This document shows, one piece after another, positions 39,441-49,192 of a stretch of 64,000 nucleotides of DNA; within the stretch, counting starts at the first letter, position 1; each line of letters opens with the position of its first letter. The stretch comes from an uncultured Clostridia bacterium. GTDB lineage: Bacteria; Bacillota; Clostridia; Christensenellales; Aristaeellaceae. The position numbers and the translations under genes are program-made. The DNA lies in assembly GCA_947624355.1 (NCBI GenBank), contig CANQKI010000002.1:6832-70831 (forward strand). The letters are read 5' to 3'. The notes beneath the pieces were generated by a model. The model was not told the origin of the DNA. It worked only from the letters and a program-made list of their open reading frames with translations, and ran no database searches.

Positions 39441-41222
39441 TTGGAAGTACACGGAAATATCACGGGTATCCGGGACACCCAGCTGAAAGAGCTGGAAGCC
39501 GTCTACGACTGCCCCTTTGAGCCGGACGAATTCGCGCCGCGCGACCTCCTGACGGAGCTTGCGCGGCATTCGTGCGCTTTAAACCGGGAAATCGCGGTGT
39601 ATGTGAGTCGGGACGGGGACGTGCTGGATGTGACCGTGGGGGTGACGGACAGCGTGCCGCTGCTGGACCTGCGGCTGCGCAGGAACGCCCGGCGGCTGTC
39701 CTTCGTCCGCTGCATCCACACCCATCCAGGCGGCTCGGCGGAATTATCCGACGTGGATATCGCCGCCCTGCGGTCTCTTATGCTGGACAGCATGTGCGCC
39801 GTGGGCGTGGACGGGAACGGGCATATAACCGGCGTCAGCGCCGCCTTTCTGACGGAAAGGGAAAAGGGTGTGCCCGGCGTCATCGAAACGGAAATCTATC
39901 CCCTTAAAAAGCTGCCCCAGGCCGAATGGATGCACGAAATCGAAATCGCCGAACAGGCGGTGCTGAAAGGGGACGACGGCGGCCTGGCCGAGACCCCCGA
40001 ACGGGCGCTGCTGGTGGGGATTGATACCGAAAAATCCCTGGAGGAGCTGGCCGCCCTGGCGGAAAGCGCCGGGGCGCAGGTGGTGGGCCGCTGCCTGCAG
40101 AAAAGGCCCAAGCCGGACACCGCTACCTTCGTTGGCAGCGGCAAGGCGGCCGAACTGCAATTGGACGCCCAGGCCCTGGAGGCCGATCTGGTCATTTTCG
40201 ATGACGAACTCACCGGGGCCCAGACCCGGAACCTGGAGGAAATCATCGGCGTCAAGGTCATCGACCGCACGACGCTCATTCTGGATATTTTTGCCCAGCG
40301 TGCCAAGTCCGGGGAAGGCAAGCTGCAGGTGCAATTGGCCCAGCTGCAGTACCGGGCCGGGCGCTTGATCGGCCAGGGGCTGATCCTGTCCCGCCTCGGG
40401 GGCGGCATCGGCACGAGAGGCCCCGGGGAAAGCAAGCTGGAAATCGACCGCCGCCGCATCCGGGAGCAGATTACCAACTTAAAGCGCGACCTGGATGTGC
40501 TGCAGCGGCAGCGGAACCTTCGCCGCAAGGCCCGGGAAAAGAGCGATATTCCGGTCATTGCCCTGGTGGGGTACACCAACACGGGAAAATCCACCCTGCT
40601 CAACACCGTTACAGACGCCGGGGTGTACGCGGAAAACAAGCTGTTTGCCACCCTGGACGCAGTCTCCCGCCGGGTTGCGCTGCCCGGGGGCGGGGAATGC
40701 CTGCTGGTGGACACCGTGGGCTTTATCAGCAAGCTGCCCCACGACCTGGTGGAGGCATTCAAATCCACCCTGGAGGAAGCCGCCCTGGCAGATCTGCTTA
40801 TCATCGTTTCGGACGGCGCAAACCCGGATATCCTGGCCCAGCGGAATGTGGTGGAGCAGGTGCTGCGGGAAATCGGGGCCGATCATCAGCCCCGCATCGA
40901 CGTCATTAACAAATGCGATCTTTGCGAGGACAATATTGAGTATCCGCCGCCCCTCCTGGGCGCCCTTCACATTTCGGCCAAAACAGGGGCGGGGGTGGAC
41001 AGGCTGCTGGCCGAGGCCGCACGGCAGCTGCGGGGCGCGGAAAAGAAACTGACGCTGCTGGTGCCCTTCGCCCGGTACGGGGTCGTGAACGAACTGAGGG
41101 GCAAGGGCCGCGTCCTTTCGGAAGTCCATGAGGACACGGGAACGAAAATCACCGTCATGCTCGGTCCTGAGGCGGCAGGGCAGATCAGCGCCCGGTACGC
41201 CGATATGATGACGGAGGACTGA
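39441..41222 (+). CDS. hflX: GTPase HflX with a ~185-aa N-terminal extension carrying a JAB/MPN-like metal motif
   Basis: HflX N-domain ([22 protein letters not shown]) and G-domain ([19 protein letters not shown]). The N-terminal region contains [14 protein letters not shown]. The TTG start at 39441 is uncertain. Confidence 0.85.
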   Translation: MEVHGNITGIRDTQLKELEAVYDCPFEPDEFAPRDLLTELARHSCALNREIAVYVSRDGDVLDVTVGVTDSVPLLDLRLRRNARRLSFVRCIHTHPGGSAELSDVDIAALRSLMLDSMCAVGVDGNGHITGVSAAFLTEREKGVPGVIETEIYPLKKLPQAEWMHEIEIAEQAVLKGDDGGLAETPERALLVGIDTEKSLEELAALAESAGAQVVGRCLQKRPKPDTATFVGSGKAAELQLDAQALEADLVIFDDELTGAQTRNLEEIIGVKVIDRTTLILDIFAQRAKSGEGKLQVQLAQLQYRAGRLIGQGLILSRLGGGIGTRGPGESKLEIDRRRIREQITNLKRDLDVLQRQRNLRRKAREKSDIPVIALVGYTNTGKSTLLNTVTDAGVYAENKLFATLDAVSRRVALPGGGECLLVDTVGFISKLPHDLVEAFKSTLEEAALADLLIIVSDGANPDILAQRNVVEQVLREIGADHQPRIDVINKCDLCEDNIEYPPPLLGALHISAKTGAGVDRLLAEAARQLRGAEKKLTLLVPFARYGVVNELRGKGRVLSEVHEDTGTKITVMLGPEAAGQISARYADMMTED

Positions 41223-41239
41223 ACACAAAGGAGGGGCCC

Positions 41240-41914
41240 ATGGCCGCGAAACTGCTTGCGCTGCTGATGATGCTGCTGTCTTTGGGGCAGCAGAACGTCG
41301 ACGCCTATGTGAACCAGATGAACCTGGGGGGAAACCTGTTTCTGGTGAACAGGGAATATACGGTATCATCCGATTATGTGCCAAACGACCTGGTAAAGCC
41401 CGACGTGCCCATGACCAACAACGATATCAAAATGCGGGCCGAGGCCGCCGCCGCCCTGGAAGATATGTTTTCAGCCGCCAAGGACGAGGCGGGGTACACC
41501 CTGGTGGCCGTGTCCGGCTACCGAAGCTACGGCCAGCAAAGCGCCATTTACGAGCGCAAGATCAAGAACGCGGGCAAAAAGGCGGCGGCGCTGCTGGTGG
41601 CCCCGCCCGGTGCCAGCGAGCATCAGCTGGGCCTGGCCATGGACCTGGGGTGCAAAAAGAACACCTCCCTGACCGAATCCTTCGTCAATACGCCGGAGGG
41701 GCAATGGGTGGCGGAAAACTGCTGGCGGTTCGGGTTCATCATCCGCTACAAAGAAGAGTGGACGGATATCACCGGCTATGCCTACGAGCCCTGGCATGTG
41801 CGGTACGTGGGCCGGGAGCACGCGGAACGCATTTATCAATTGGATATCCCCTTTGAATATTACGTGGCGCAATTGCGGGAAGCGCAGTTTGCCGCCATCC
41901 TGGGAAAGGAGTGA
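41240..41914 (+). CDS. VanY / peptidase M15B family D-alanyl-D-alanine carboxypeptidase, paralog 1
   Basis: Signal-like N-terminus. SGYRSYGQQ, SEHQLGLAMD and YEPWHVRYVG zinc/active-site motifs. Confidence 0.85.
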   Translation: MAAKLLALLMMLLSLGQQNVDAYVNQMNLGGNLFLVNREYTVSSDYVPNDLVKPDVPMTNNDIKMRAEAAAALEDMFSAAKDEAGYTLVAVSGYRSYGQQSAIYERKIKNAGKKAAALLVAPPGASEHQLGLAMDLGCKKNTSLTESFVNTPEGQWVAENCWRFGFIIRYKEEWTDITGYAYEPWHVRYVGREHAERIYQLDIPFEYYVAQLREAQFAAILGKE

Positions 41915-42723
41915 AAGCCGTGCGCGGATTTTTGATTTTTTCTTTGCTGCTGGCATTGCTGCTGGCGCCCTGCGCGGCATTTTGCGAGGAGGATATGCCC
42001 GAATGGACGTATCCCATCGCCCCCGAAATCCTGGCCAATCCAAACGGCTATATCACCCTGGCCAACACAGAATCCCTGCTGGATGGGGATTACGAGCCGG
42101 AAGATCTGGAAAACGTGACGGTGAAAAAGGCGTCTTCCGGCACCATGCTGATGCGCCGGGAGGCCCACGCGGCATTGCACCGGATGTTTGACGCGGCGGA
42201 AGCGGTGGGGTACACCCTGTATGCCAAGTCCGTCTACCGCAGCTATCAGACCCAAAGGACCATGTACGCCAACCGCCTGGAAAAGGTGGGGTATGACGAC
42301 GGCGTGGTGGCCTATCCCGGCTCCAGCGACCATCAGACGGGCCTGGGCATCGATATCCTCAATTACGAATGGACCAAAAAGGAGGGCATGACCCCTGCCT
42401 TCGCCGAGACCCCCGAGGCCCAGTGGATGGCGGCCCATTGCCAGGAATTCGGCTTTATCCTGCGGTACATGGAGGATAAGGAAGACATTACCAAGATCAT
42501 TTTCGAGCCCTGGCATTTCCGCTATGTGGGTCCGGAGGCGGCGGAGTACATCATGGCCAACCACCTGTCCCTGGAGGAATTCACGGCGGAGTGGCAGGCC
42601 TATGTGGCGGAGTACGAACAAAACGGCGGGGATTTTGAGCGCCTGGTGCTTTTGCGCAGCCTGATGGACCCCGTGCAGGTGGTGGACGTGACCGGGGACG
42701 GGGAAGAGGAATTTTCTTTCTGA
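41911..42723 (+). CDS. VanY / peptidase M15B family carboxypeptidase, paralog 2
   Basis: Signal peptide. SVYRSYQTQ, SDHQTGLGID and FEPWHFRYVG motifs. 4-nt overlap with paralog 1. Confidence 0.85.
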   Translation: MKAVRGFLIFSLLLALLLAPCAAFCEEDMPEWTYPIAPEILANPNGYITLANTESLLDGDYEPEDLENVTVKKASSGTMLMRREAHAALHRMFDAAEAVGYTLYAKSVYRSYQTQRTMYANRLEKVGYDDGVVAYPGSSDHQTGLGIDILNYEWTKKEGMTPAFAETPEAQWMAAHCQEFGFILRYMEDKEDITKIIFEPWHFRYVGPEAAEYIMANHLSLEEFTAEWQAYVAEYEQNGGDFERLVLLRSLMDPVQVVDVTGDGEEEFSF

Positions 42724-42745
42724 TGCACGAAGGAAGGGAATAAGA

Positions 42746-43624
42746 ATGAAAAGAGCCCTTTGTCTGGCGGCGATGGCCCTGCTGCTGTTGCTGCCCTGCG
42801 TGTCGGCCCAGGCGGGAATGTTTGACGACGACGGGCTTTTGCGCCTGGTGAACCGGGACGAAAAAATCACCAAGAATTACGTGCCCGAGCAGGTCAAGCC
42901 CAACGTGCCCACCAACAAGAAAGACCAGCAGGAGAGCATCTATATGCGCCCCGAGGCGGCGGCGGCCCTGGAGGAAATGTTCGCCGCGGCCAAGGAGGAA
43001 AGGGGTTATAACCTGCTGGCCGTCAGCGGGTACCGCTCCTTCGGGCTGCAGCAGGTGATGTTCAACAACAAGGTCAAGGCCGTGGGCAGCAAGGAAAAGG
43101 CCTGGCGCAAGGTGGCCCCCGCCGGGGCCAGCGAACATCAGTTGGGCCTGGCCATGGATATTGTGTGCGATAATTTCCGTCTGCTGAATTCCGGTTTTGC
43201 CGACACGGCGGAGGGGCAGTGGCTGTATCAGAACTGCCAGCGCTTCGGCTTCATCGTGCGCTACCGCCGGGAATGGGAGGACGTGACGGGCTACGCCTAC
43301 GAGCCCTGGCATTTCCGGTATCTTGGGGTGGCCCACGCCTGCGCCGTGCAATGGCTGAACGTGCCCTATGAGGATTACGCCCACGCAGCCATGGCTCTGC
43401 CCGAATATGTGCTGGAGCAGGGAAACGCTTACCTTTTGTACGGGCTCATGGATAATATCCTAAACGGCGACGGCTGCCTGTTTGAGGAAATGTGCGATTC
43501 CGCCTGTGAAACGGAGGCCCAGCGGCAATCGTCCATTGCCGAAATGACCGAACGGCTGCTGCCGGAGGGGGTCGCGCTGGAGGACGCCCTCAGCGGGCGC
43601 GTGGGGGCCGGATGGCGTCCCTGA
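42746..43624 (+). CDS. VanY / peptidase M15B family carboxypeptidase, paralog 3
   Basis: Signal peptide. SGYRSFGLQ, SEHQLGLAMD and YEPWHFRYLG motifs, plus a ~90-aa C-terminal extension. Confidence 0.85.
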   Translation: MKRALCLAAMALLLLLPCVSAQAGMFDDDGLLRLVNRDEKITKNYVPEQVKPNVPTNKKDQQESIYMRPEAAAALEEMFAAAKEERGYNLLAVSGYRSFGLQQVMFNNKVKAVGSKEKAWRKVAPAGASEHQLGLAMDIVCDNFRLLNSGFADTAEGQWLYQNCQRFGFIVRYRREWEDVTGYAYEPWHFRYLGVAHACAVQWLNVPYEDYAHAAMALPEYVLEQGNAYLLYGLMDNILNGDGCLFEEMCDSACETEAQRQSSIAEMTERLLPEGVALEDALSGRVGAGWRP

Positions 43625-44730
43625 GGGATCGGCTGCGGGCCGCCGTGCCCCAGAAAGCGGCGGCAAAGCCCGCGCCGGAGGATTGCTATGTCCGGCGGCA
43701 GGTGATTCCGCCGGAGGAATTTTCCCTGGCCCCGGTGCTGACGGGGGAGCAGTTGTACCTCCTGCAGGGCAGCGAATTTGCCCCCTGCCGCCGGGAGGAT
43801 ATCCTGTTTCTGGATACCGAAACCACGGGCCTGTCCCACGGGGCGGGCACGGTGGCGTTCTTGGTGGGGGTCGGGTTCTTTGAAGGGGACGGCTTCCATG
43901 TGGAGCAGTACCTGATGCGGGATTACGACGAGGAAATTTTCGTGCTGCGGCACGTGGCCCCGCGTTTGGCATCATGCGGGCTTTTGTGCACCTTCAACGG
44001 CGCGTCCTTTGATATACCCCTGCTGGAAAACCGCTTTACCATGCAGCGGATGCGAAGCCTGTATACCCTGCCGCCCCATGTGGATTTGTTGCATGCCAGC
44101 CGGCGGGTGTGGAAGCTGCGGCTGAAAAAATGCAATCTTTCCGCCCTGGAAAGTGCTGTGCTGGGGCTGGAGCGGGAAGACGACCTGCCCGGGGCCCTGG
44201 TGCCCGAGCGGTATTTCACCTACCTCAAGACCAAGGAATTTTTCCTGCTGGAGGACATTCTGCGCCACAACGCCCAGGATATTATTTCCCTGGCCCATAT
44301 TCTGCACAGGCTTGTGACCCTGCACGACGCGCCGCTCCTTGCCGCCCAGGCCCCGGAGGACCTGTTCAGCCTGGGCAGCATTTACGAAAAGCGGGGCCGC
44401 ACGGAAGGGGCCCGGCAGTGCTGGCGGGCGGCGGACAAGGGGGCCGTGTCCCTCCTGGCCCGGACGCGGATGGCCGAATCCTACCGCCGGGAAGGGCTGT
44501 ACGGGGAGGCGGAGGAAATCTACCGCCGCATGATCGCTTCCCGGCAGGGGGGAATCACGCCCCTGATCGCCATGGCGAAAATTTGCGAACACAAAAAAAG
44601 GGATATCCCGGCCGCTATCGAATATACAAGAAAGGCCATTATTCTGGCGTCCGATCAGGAGGAGGCCGATATGGCCGCCCTGCAGAAGCGCTATGAGCGC
44701 CTGCTGACCAAGGCAAGGAGGAATCGTTGA
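43612..44730 (+). CDS. RNase H-like (YprB-type predicted exonuclease) domain protein with C-terminal TPR-like repeats
   Basis: ILFLDTETTGLS DEDD-type motif, then NGASFDIPLL and HNAQDIISL motifs. The C-terminal ~130 aa are helical repeats. Confidence 0.65.
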   Translation: MASLRDRLRAAVPQKAAAKPAPEDCYVRRQVIPPEEFSLAPVLTGEQLYLLQGSEFAPCRREDILFLDTETTGLSHGAGTVAFLVGVGFFEGDGFHVEQYLMRDYDEEIFVLRHVAPRLASCGLLCTFNGASFDIPLLENRFTMQRMRSLYTLPPHVDLLHASRRVWKLRLKKCNLSALESAVLGLEREDDLPGALVPERYFTYLKTKEFFLLEDILRHNAQDIISLAHILHRLVTLHDAPLLAAQAPEDLFSLGSIYEKRGRTEGARQCWRAADKGAVSLLARTRMAESYRREGLYGEAEEIYRRMIASRQGGITPLIAMAKICEHKKRDIPAAIEYTRKAIILASDQEEADMAALQKRYERLLTKARRNR

Positions 44731-44731
44731 A

Positions 44732-45598
44732 ATGGGTGGATTCATGGACGGGATTGCTGCCCGCAAGGCCATGATGCAGCATCAGAAGGGCGATTACAAG
44801 AGCGCCATGGCGACCTATACTTCGCTTTATGAAAAGGGGTACGTGATGTGCTCCTACCTTTTGCCGTACACGGTGCTTCTGCTCCGGGAAGGGGGCGAGG
44901 AAAATTACCTGAAGGTGAAGGAAATCCTGAAAAAGGCCGAAAAGGCCCCCGACGTCAACGACGATCACCGCCAGCAGATTTTCACCAATTATGCCGTGGC
45001 CCAGTATAAGCTGGGCAAGCTGCCCGAGGCGCTGCACCTGCTGGAGACGGCCCAAAGGAAAAATCCCTGCGGTGTGATTTATGAAACCCTGGGCTACCTC
45101 TACATCGAAAAGGCGGCCCAGCGCCTGCGGGAAGAAGCGGAAAAGCCCGCCCCTGTTCCGGCGGAAGAATCGGCAGAGGAAGTTACGGAGGCTGTTAAAG
45201 AAACTGCCGAAGATGCCGCCGAGGCCGCTTCCGAATTGGCGCAGACCCCCGAAACCCCCGAACCCACCGTGCAGGACGAGATCGACAAGGCCCTGCAGTA
45301 CAACCTGGAGGCCCTGGATTACGACGACGAGGACGCCGTCACCCTGGATAACCTGGGCCAGTTGTATTACCGGGTCATCGGGGACAAGGTGAAGGCGAAG
45401 GAGTATTTCGACAAAGCCCACGAAATCAAGCCCGGCCAGATCGACACCCTCTATTTCCTGGCCCAGTACGACCTGGCGGAGGGGAAGCGGACGGACGCCG
45501 TTGAAAAGCTGAAAAAGACCCTGGAGGGCCGTTTCTCGCCCCTCAATTTCGCCACCCGGGCCGGCATCGAAGCGCAGCTGAAGGAGCTGGGGGCGTAA
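44732..45598 (+). CDS. TPR repeat protein with a central acidic low-complexity insert
   Basis: Repeated A/Y/L helical-hairpin patterns (YAVAQYKLGKLPEALHLLETA, LGQLYYRVIGDKVKAKEYFDKAHEIKP) and an acidic AEE-rich stretch. Confidence 0.6.
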   Translation: MGGFMDGIAARKAMMQHQKGDYKSAMATYTSLYEKGYVMCSYLLPYTVLLLREGGEENYLKVKEILKKAEKAPDVNDDHRQQIFTNYAVAQYKLGKLPEALHLLETAQRKNPCGVIYETLGYLYIEKAAQRLREEAEKPAPVPAEESAEEVTEAVKETAEDAAEAASELAQTPETPEPTVQDEIDKALQYNLEALDYDDEDAVTLDNLGQLYYRVIGDKVKAKEYFDKAHEIKPGQIDTLYFLAQYDLAEGKRTDAVEKLKKTLEGRFSPLNFATRAGIEAQLKELGA

Positions 45599-45642
45599 AA
45601 TCCACAAAAAACCCTGTATTTCCAAACAATAAACCCATAAAG

Positions 45643-45682
45643 AAAGGATGTCATGGCGTTCGTCACGACATCCTTTTTATAT
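45643..45682. terminator. Hairpin terminator between convergent TPR and DMT genes
   Basis: AAAGGATGTC (45643-45652) / GACATCCTTT (45667-45676) followed by TTAT. Confidence 0.6.
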
Positions 45683-45689
45683 TGGATAA

Positions 45690-46559
45690 TCACTCCCGCT
45701 TCAGCGTATCGGATACCGCCAGGGCGGCGCCCGCGATCATGACCGCCAAAGCGATGAGGTACATATTGGTCAGCCCCTCCCGCAGGAAAACGAAGGAGAG
45801 AAACACGCCGATGAAGGGCGCGACGGCGTAATACGCGCTGGTCTGGGCCGCCCCGAGGGTGTTCTGGGCCCGGACGTACAGGAAAATGCTCAGCCCGTAG
45901 GCCACAAACCCCAGCAGCAGCGCCAGCAGGATATACGGAATCTGCGGCAGGGCCTCCCCCTTGATGAACACGATGACGAGAGACCCGAGCCCAGAAAAAA
46001 CGCCCTTGAGAATCACGATTTCATAGGTGCTCTTGGAGGAAATCATTCTCGTGCAGTTGTTTTCAAGCCCCCAGCAAATTGTGGCCAGCAGAACGAACAG
46101 GGAACCGGCGGAAAAACGGAAGCTGTCCGTTCCCTCAAAGGAAAGCAGGATGCTGGACAGGGTCATCAGGGCGATGGCTGCCCACAGCCTTGGGGACACC
46201 GCCTCTTTGAATACCGCCAGGGCGATGACGGTGGTGGCGACGATTTCGAAGTTGCCCAGAAGCGACGCGTTGGACGCGGAGCCATAGCTGATGCCCAGCA
46301 TGAGGAAAATGGGGGCGGCAATATCCAGCACGATCATGCCAATAACGAAGGGCAGGTCTTTCCGGTCCAGCCGCGCAGCCTTTTCCCGCTTCCCGCGCAG
46401 GGACATGAGGCCGATGCCTGTGCCGGCCCCCAGATACAGCAGCGCCGCCATGGCCGTGGGCCCCACATGACGCAGAAGCAGCTTGGAAAAGGGCACGTTG
46501 ACGGCGTAGAACGCCGCCGCCAGCAGGGCGCACAATATGGCCTTCTTTTCCCGCGTCAT
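45690..46559 (-). CDS. DMT superfamily (EamA-like) transporter
   Basis: 289 aa with ~10 TM helices arranged as two EamA-like halves. Confidence 0.75.
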   Translation of the reverse strand: MTREKKAILCALLAAAFYAVNVPFSKLLLRHVGPTAMAALLYLGAGTGIGLMSLRGKREKAARLDRKDLPFVIGMIVLDIAAPIFLMLGISYGSASNASLLGNFEIVATTVIALAVFKEAVSPRLWAAIALMTLSSILLSFEGTDSFRFSAGSLFVLLATICWGLENNCTRMISSKSTYEIVILKGVFSGLGSLVIVFIKGEALPQIPYILLALLLGFVAYGLSIFLYVRAQNTLGAAQTSAYYAVAPFIGVFLSFVFLREGLTNMYLIALAVMIAGAALAVSDTLKRE

Positions 46560-46671
46560 GTGTTTCCCCTTTCCGGAACGGAAAACGCCCCGGCGATGCA
46601 GCCTTCGTCCGGAGCGTTTCGGTTGACAAAGTATTTCAGCAAAATGCAGTTGACCGCATTTTGCCGCTGAA

Positions 46672-47550
46672 TCAGATGGCCCGTTCTTTGCCCATGAAGC
46701 AGCAGGCCAGGGTGCCGGGGCCGCAATGGGCGCCGATCACCGGGCCGATCATCTGGATGCGCACGTCCTTCAGGGTGGGAATTTTCTGTTTCAGCATTTC
46801 GGCCATGCGCTGGGCCTCCTCGAGGGCGTCGGCATGGAGAAGAATGATGGTCTGTTCCTCAGGATGCTCGATGTTTTCGGCGGTGCGCTCCACGATGGTA
46901 CGCAGGGCGTTTTTCCGGCCCTGCACCTTTTCGGCGGCGTCGATTTTGCCGCCCTTGCCCAGCACCAGGATGGGCTTGATGTTCAGCATGCTGCCGAAAA
47001 TGGCGCTGGTGGAGGAAATGCGGCCGCCCCGGCGGAGGTATTTCAGGTCCTCCACCGTCAGCCAGGCGTGGGCCCGCATCCGGTTGTCCATCAGCCATTT
47101 TTCCACTTCGTCCATGGATTTGCCCTGCTCGTATAGGGCGTGGGCCCCCAGAATCAGCAGGGACTGGGGCCCGGAAATGCTCATGGTGTCCACCACGGTG
47201 AATTTCCGGCCGGGATATTTGGCCAAAAGCTCTTTGCGGGCTTCATAAATATTCTGGATGGTGTTGCTCATCTGGGAAGAAAAGGCCACGAAAAGCAGGT
47301 CCTTTTCCTTCAGAATGGGCTCAAAATATTCCAGGTACGTTTCGGTAGGCAGCATGGAAGTGGTGGGGGCGGCCCCGGCGCGCATCCGGTCAAAAAACGC
47401 TTTTTCGCTGCCGGCCCGGCCGTTGTCGTCAAAATATTCCTTGCCTTCCAGAATATACGGCATCCGCACCACCGGGATCTGCTTTTCCTCGGCGATGGAA
47501 TAGAGAAGATCGCTGTCGCTGTCCGTCATGAATACGTAGGTTTGCTCCAT
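46672..47550 (-). CDS. DegV family fatty-acid-binding protein
   Basis: ATG 47550 follows AAGGGGG. FMTDSDSDL start and SGPQSL, RRGGRIS and GPVIGAHCGPG motifs. Confidence 0.85.
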   Translation of the reverse strand: MEQTYVFMTDSDSDLLYSIAEEKQIPVVRMPYILEGKEYFDDNGRAGSEKAFFDRMRAGAAPTTSMLPTETYLEYFEPILKEKDLLFVAFSSQMSNTIQNIYEARKELLAKYPGRKFTVVDTMSISGPQSLLILGAHALYEQGKSMDEVEKWLMDNRMRAHAWLTVEDLKYLRRGGRISSTSAIFGSMLNIKPILVLGKGGKIDAAEKVQGRKNALRTIVERTAENIEHPEEQTIILLHADALEEAQRMAEMLKQKIPTLKDVRIQMIGPVIGAHCGPGTLACCFMGKERAI

Positions 47551-47619
47551 TGAATAACCCCCTTCGTTGTCATTGGTATCCCCTCGGCGGCGGGCATATG
47601 CCGGCCTACCCGTACATCT

Positions 47620-47648
47620 ATTGTAACTTTTTTCGTCGAAAAATGCAA
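47620..47648 (-). promoter_or_regulatory. Candidate sigma-A promoter for the DegV gene
   Basis: On the minus strand: TTGCAT (47648-47643), 17-nt spacer, TACAAT (47625-47620). Confidence 0.45.
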
Positions 47649-47673
47649 TAAAAGGTTTTTTCATGAAGAAAAA

Positions 47674-48375
47674 TCAGGTGTTTCGGGTGCGCACGGCCTG
47701 AATATACGGGTATTCCGAAAATTCGTTGACGATGTCGGTATAGCTGAATTTGGCGGGGAGATGGAGGGTGTAAAGGTTGGTATACTGGTTGTGGCCGGGC
47801 TCGGGGCTGTCTTCCTTGGCCTCAATATGAAAGTCCACATCCAGGATTTTCACATTGTTCTTCTGGAAAAATTCGTTGATATAGGCCAGGGTTTCCACCC
47901 GGTGGGTGAAGCGCACCTCCACCCGCTTGATGGCGTTCACGCGGATCACGCGCTGCATGATGGTGAGCACCACCAGCACGATGGCGCAGCCCGCCGCGGC
48001 GATTTTGTAAAACCCAAACCCGATCAGCAGCCCCAGGCACGCCACATTCCACAAGCTGGCGGCGGTGGTGAGCCCGGCGATTTTTTTCTGGGCCACGAAA
48101 ATGGTGCCCGCGCCCAGAAAGCCGATGCCGCTGATAACCTGGGCGCTGAGGCGGCCCATGTTGAGGGCGATGCGGTTGTCCGCCGAGCTGGCCATCAGCT
48201 CCTGGCGGATCAGGCATTCCAGCAGGGCGATCATGGTGGCCCCCAGGCACACCAGCACATGGGTGCGCATGCCGGCGGGGCGGTTTTTGTATTCCCGCTC
48301 CACGCCCACCACGCCGCCGATCACCACGGCGATGAAAATGCGAAGCAGCGCTTCCGGCCAGGTAATTTCAAACAT
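47674..48375 (-). CDS. MgtC/SapB family membrane protein
   Basis: RIFIAVVIGGVVGVEREYKNRPAGMRTH signature, 4-5 TM helices, and a soluble C-terminal domain. ATG at 48375. Confidence 0.85.
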   Translation of the reverse strand: MFEITWPEALLRIFIAVVIGGVVGVEREYKNRPAGMRTHVLVCLGATMIALLECLIRQELMASSADNRIALNMGRLSAQVISGIGFLGAGTIFVAQKKIAGLTTAASLWNVACLGLLIGFGFYKIAAAGCAIVLVVLTIMQRVIRVNAIKRVEVRFTHRVETLAYINEFFQKNNVKILDVDFHIEAKEDSPEPGHNQYTNLYTLHLPAKFSYTDIVNEFSEYPYIQAVRTRNT

Positions 48376-48526
48376 AAGACCGATCCCTTCCAAACTATAA
48401 AAAATAATTTCATTTTTAATTATAGCATACACGGGGCAAAATTGCCATATCTTTCTGAAAATTTAATGAAGTTTCCGGTCTGATTCTCGCCTGAAAATGC
48501 AAATGCGCCCGCCGCAGCGGCCCGGC

Positions 48527-48553
48527 ACCGGCGGACAGGATTTTTCATAAAAT
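48527..48553 (+). promoter_or_regulatory. Sequence resembling a mother-cell sigma-K type promoter (speculative)
   Basis: AC (48527-48528), 17-nt spacer, CATAaaaT (48546-48553), 33 nt upstream of the Cys-rich ORF start. Confidence 0.2.
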
Positions 48554-48585
48554 GCAGTATCCGCCCATCAAAGGAGGTTCAAGCC

Positions 48586-49182
48586 ATGGACACATCGCAA
48601 AACTGCACGCCCTGCTGCGGCCCGGCGTGCCCGCCGCCCCGGCCCCAGGGCCGGTACTTAATGCAGCGGATTATCGGCAGCGGACGGCTGCACAGACGAA
48701 ACCAGGTTTACTGCCTGTGTCCCGCCAATATGCCCTGCCAGGCCCAGCCGCCCTTCACGGTGGTGGACGTCATCACCGACGGGGATCCCGCCTGGGAGGA
48801 GGCTCCCTGCCCCGAACGCTGCGCCCTGCTCATCCGGGTGCTTATTCCGCTGCTGGTGCGCATCCGGGACTGCGCGGGCTGCCTGTACACCGTGTCCGCC
48901 CGGATTGAGGACGAATTCCGCCTGCGGGTTTCCTGCCCGGAAAACGAATGCTGGCGGGGGCAGATTTTCGTTCAGGCGGCTGTGCGGCTGTGCGGCAGCG
49001 CCTGCCGGTGCGCCTGCGCAAAGGAGGGCATCCGCACGCCCCTGGAGGTGATGGTGGAGGGCTTTCTGCTGGTGCCCTGCCCGGTGGGCGCGGGACAGCC
49101 TGCCTGCCCAACCCCCAAACCCTGGTATCCCGAGCCCCCCGAACCCTGCGTGGATCGGTTTACGGATCGGTTCTGCAGATAG
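48586..49182 (+). CDS. Hypothetical Cys/Pro-rich protein (about 21 Cys in 198 aa)
   Basis: ATG follows AAAGGAGG at good spacing, and a strong terminator follows the stop. I recognise no family. Confidence 0.6.
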   Translation: MDTSQNCTPCCGPACPPPRPQGRYLMQRIIGSGRLHRRNQVYCLCPANMPCQAQPPFTVVDVITDGDPAWEEAPCPERCALLIRVLIPLLVRIRDCAGCLYTVSARIEDEFRLRVSCPENECWRGQIFVQAAVRLCGSACRCACAKEGIRTPLEVMVEGFLLVPCPVGAGQPACPTPKPWYPEPPEPCVDRFTDRFCR

Positions 49183-49192
49183 CGACGGTTTC

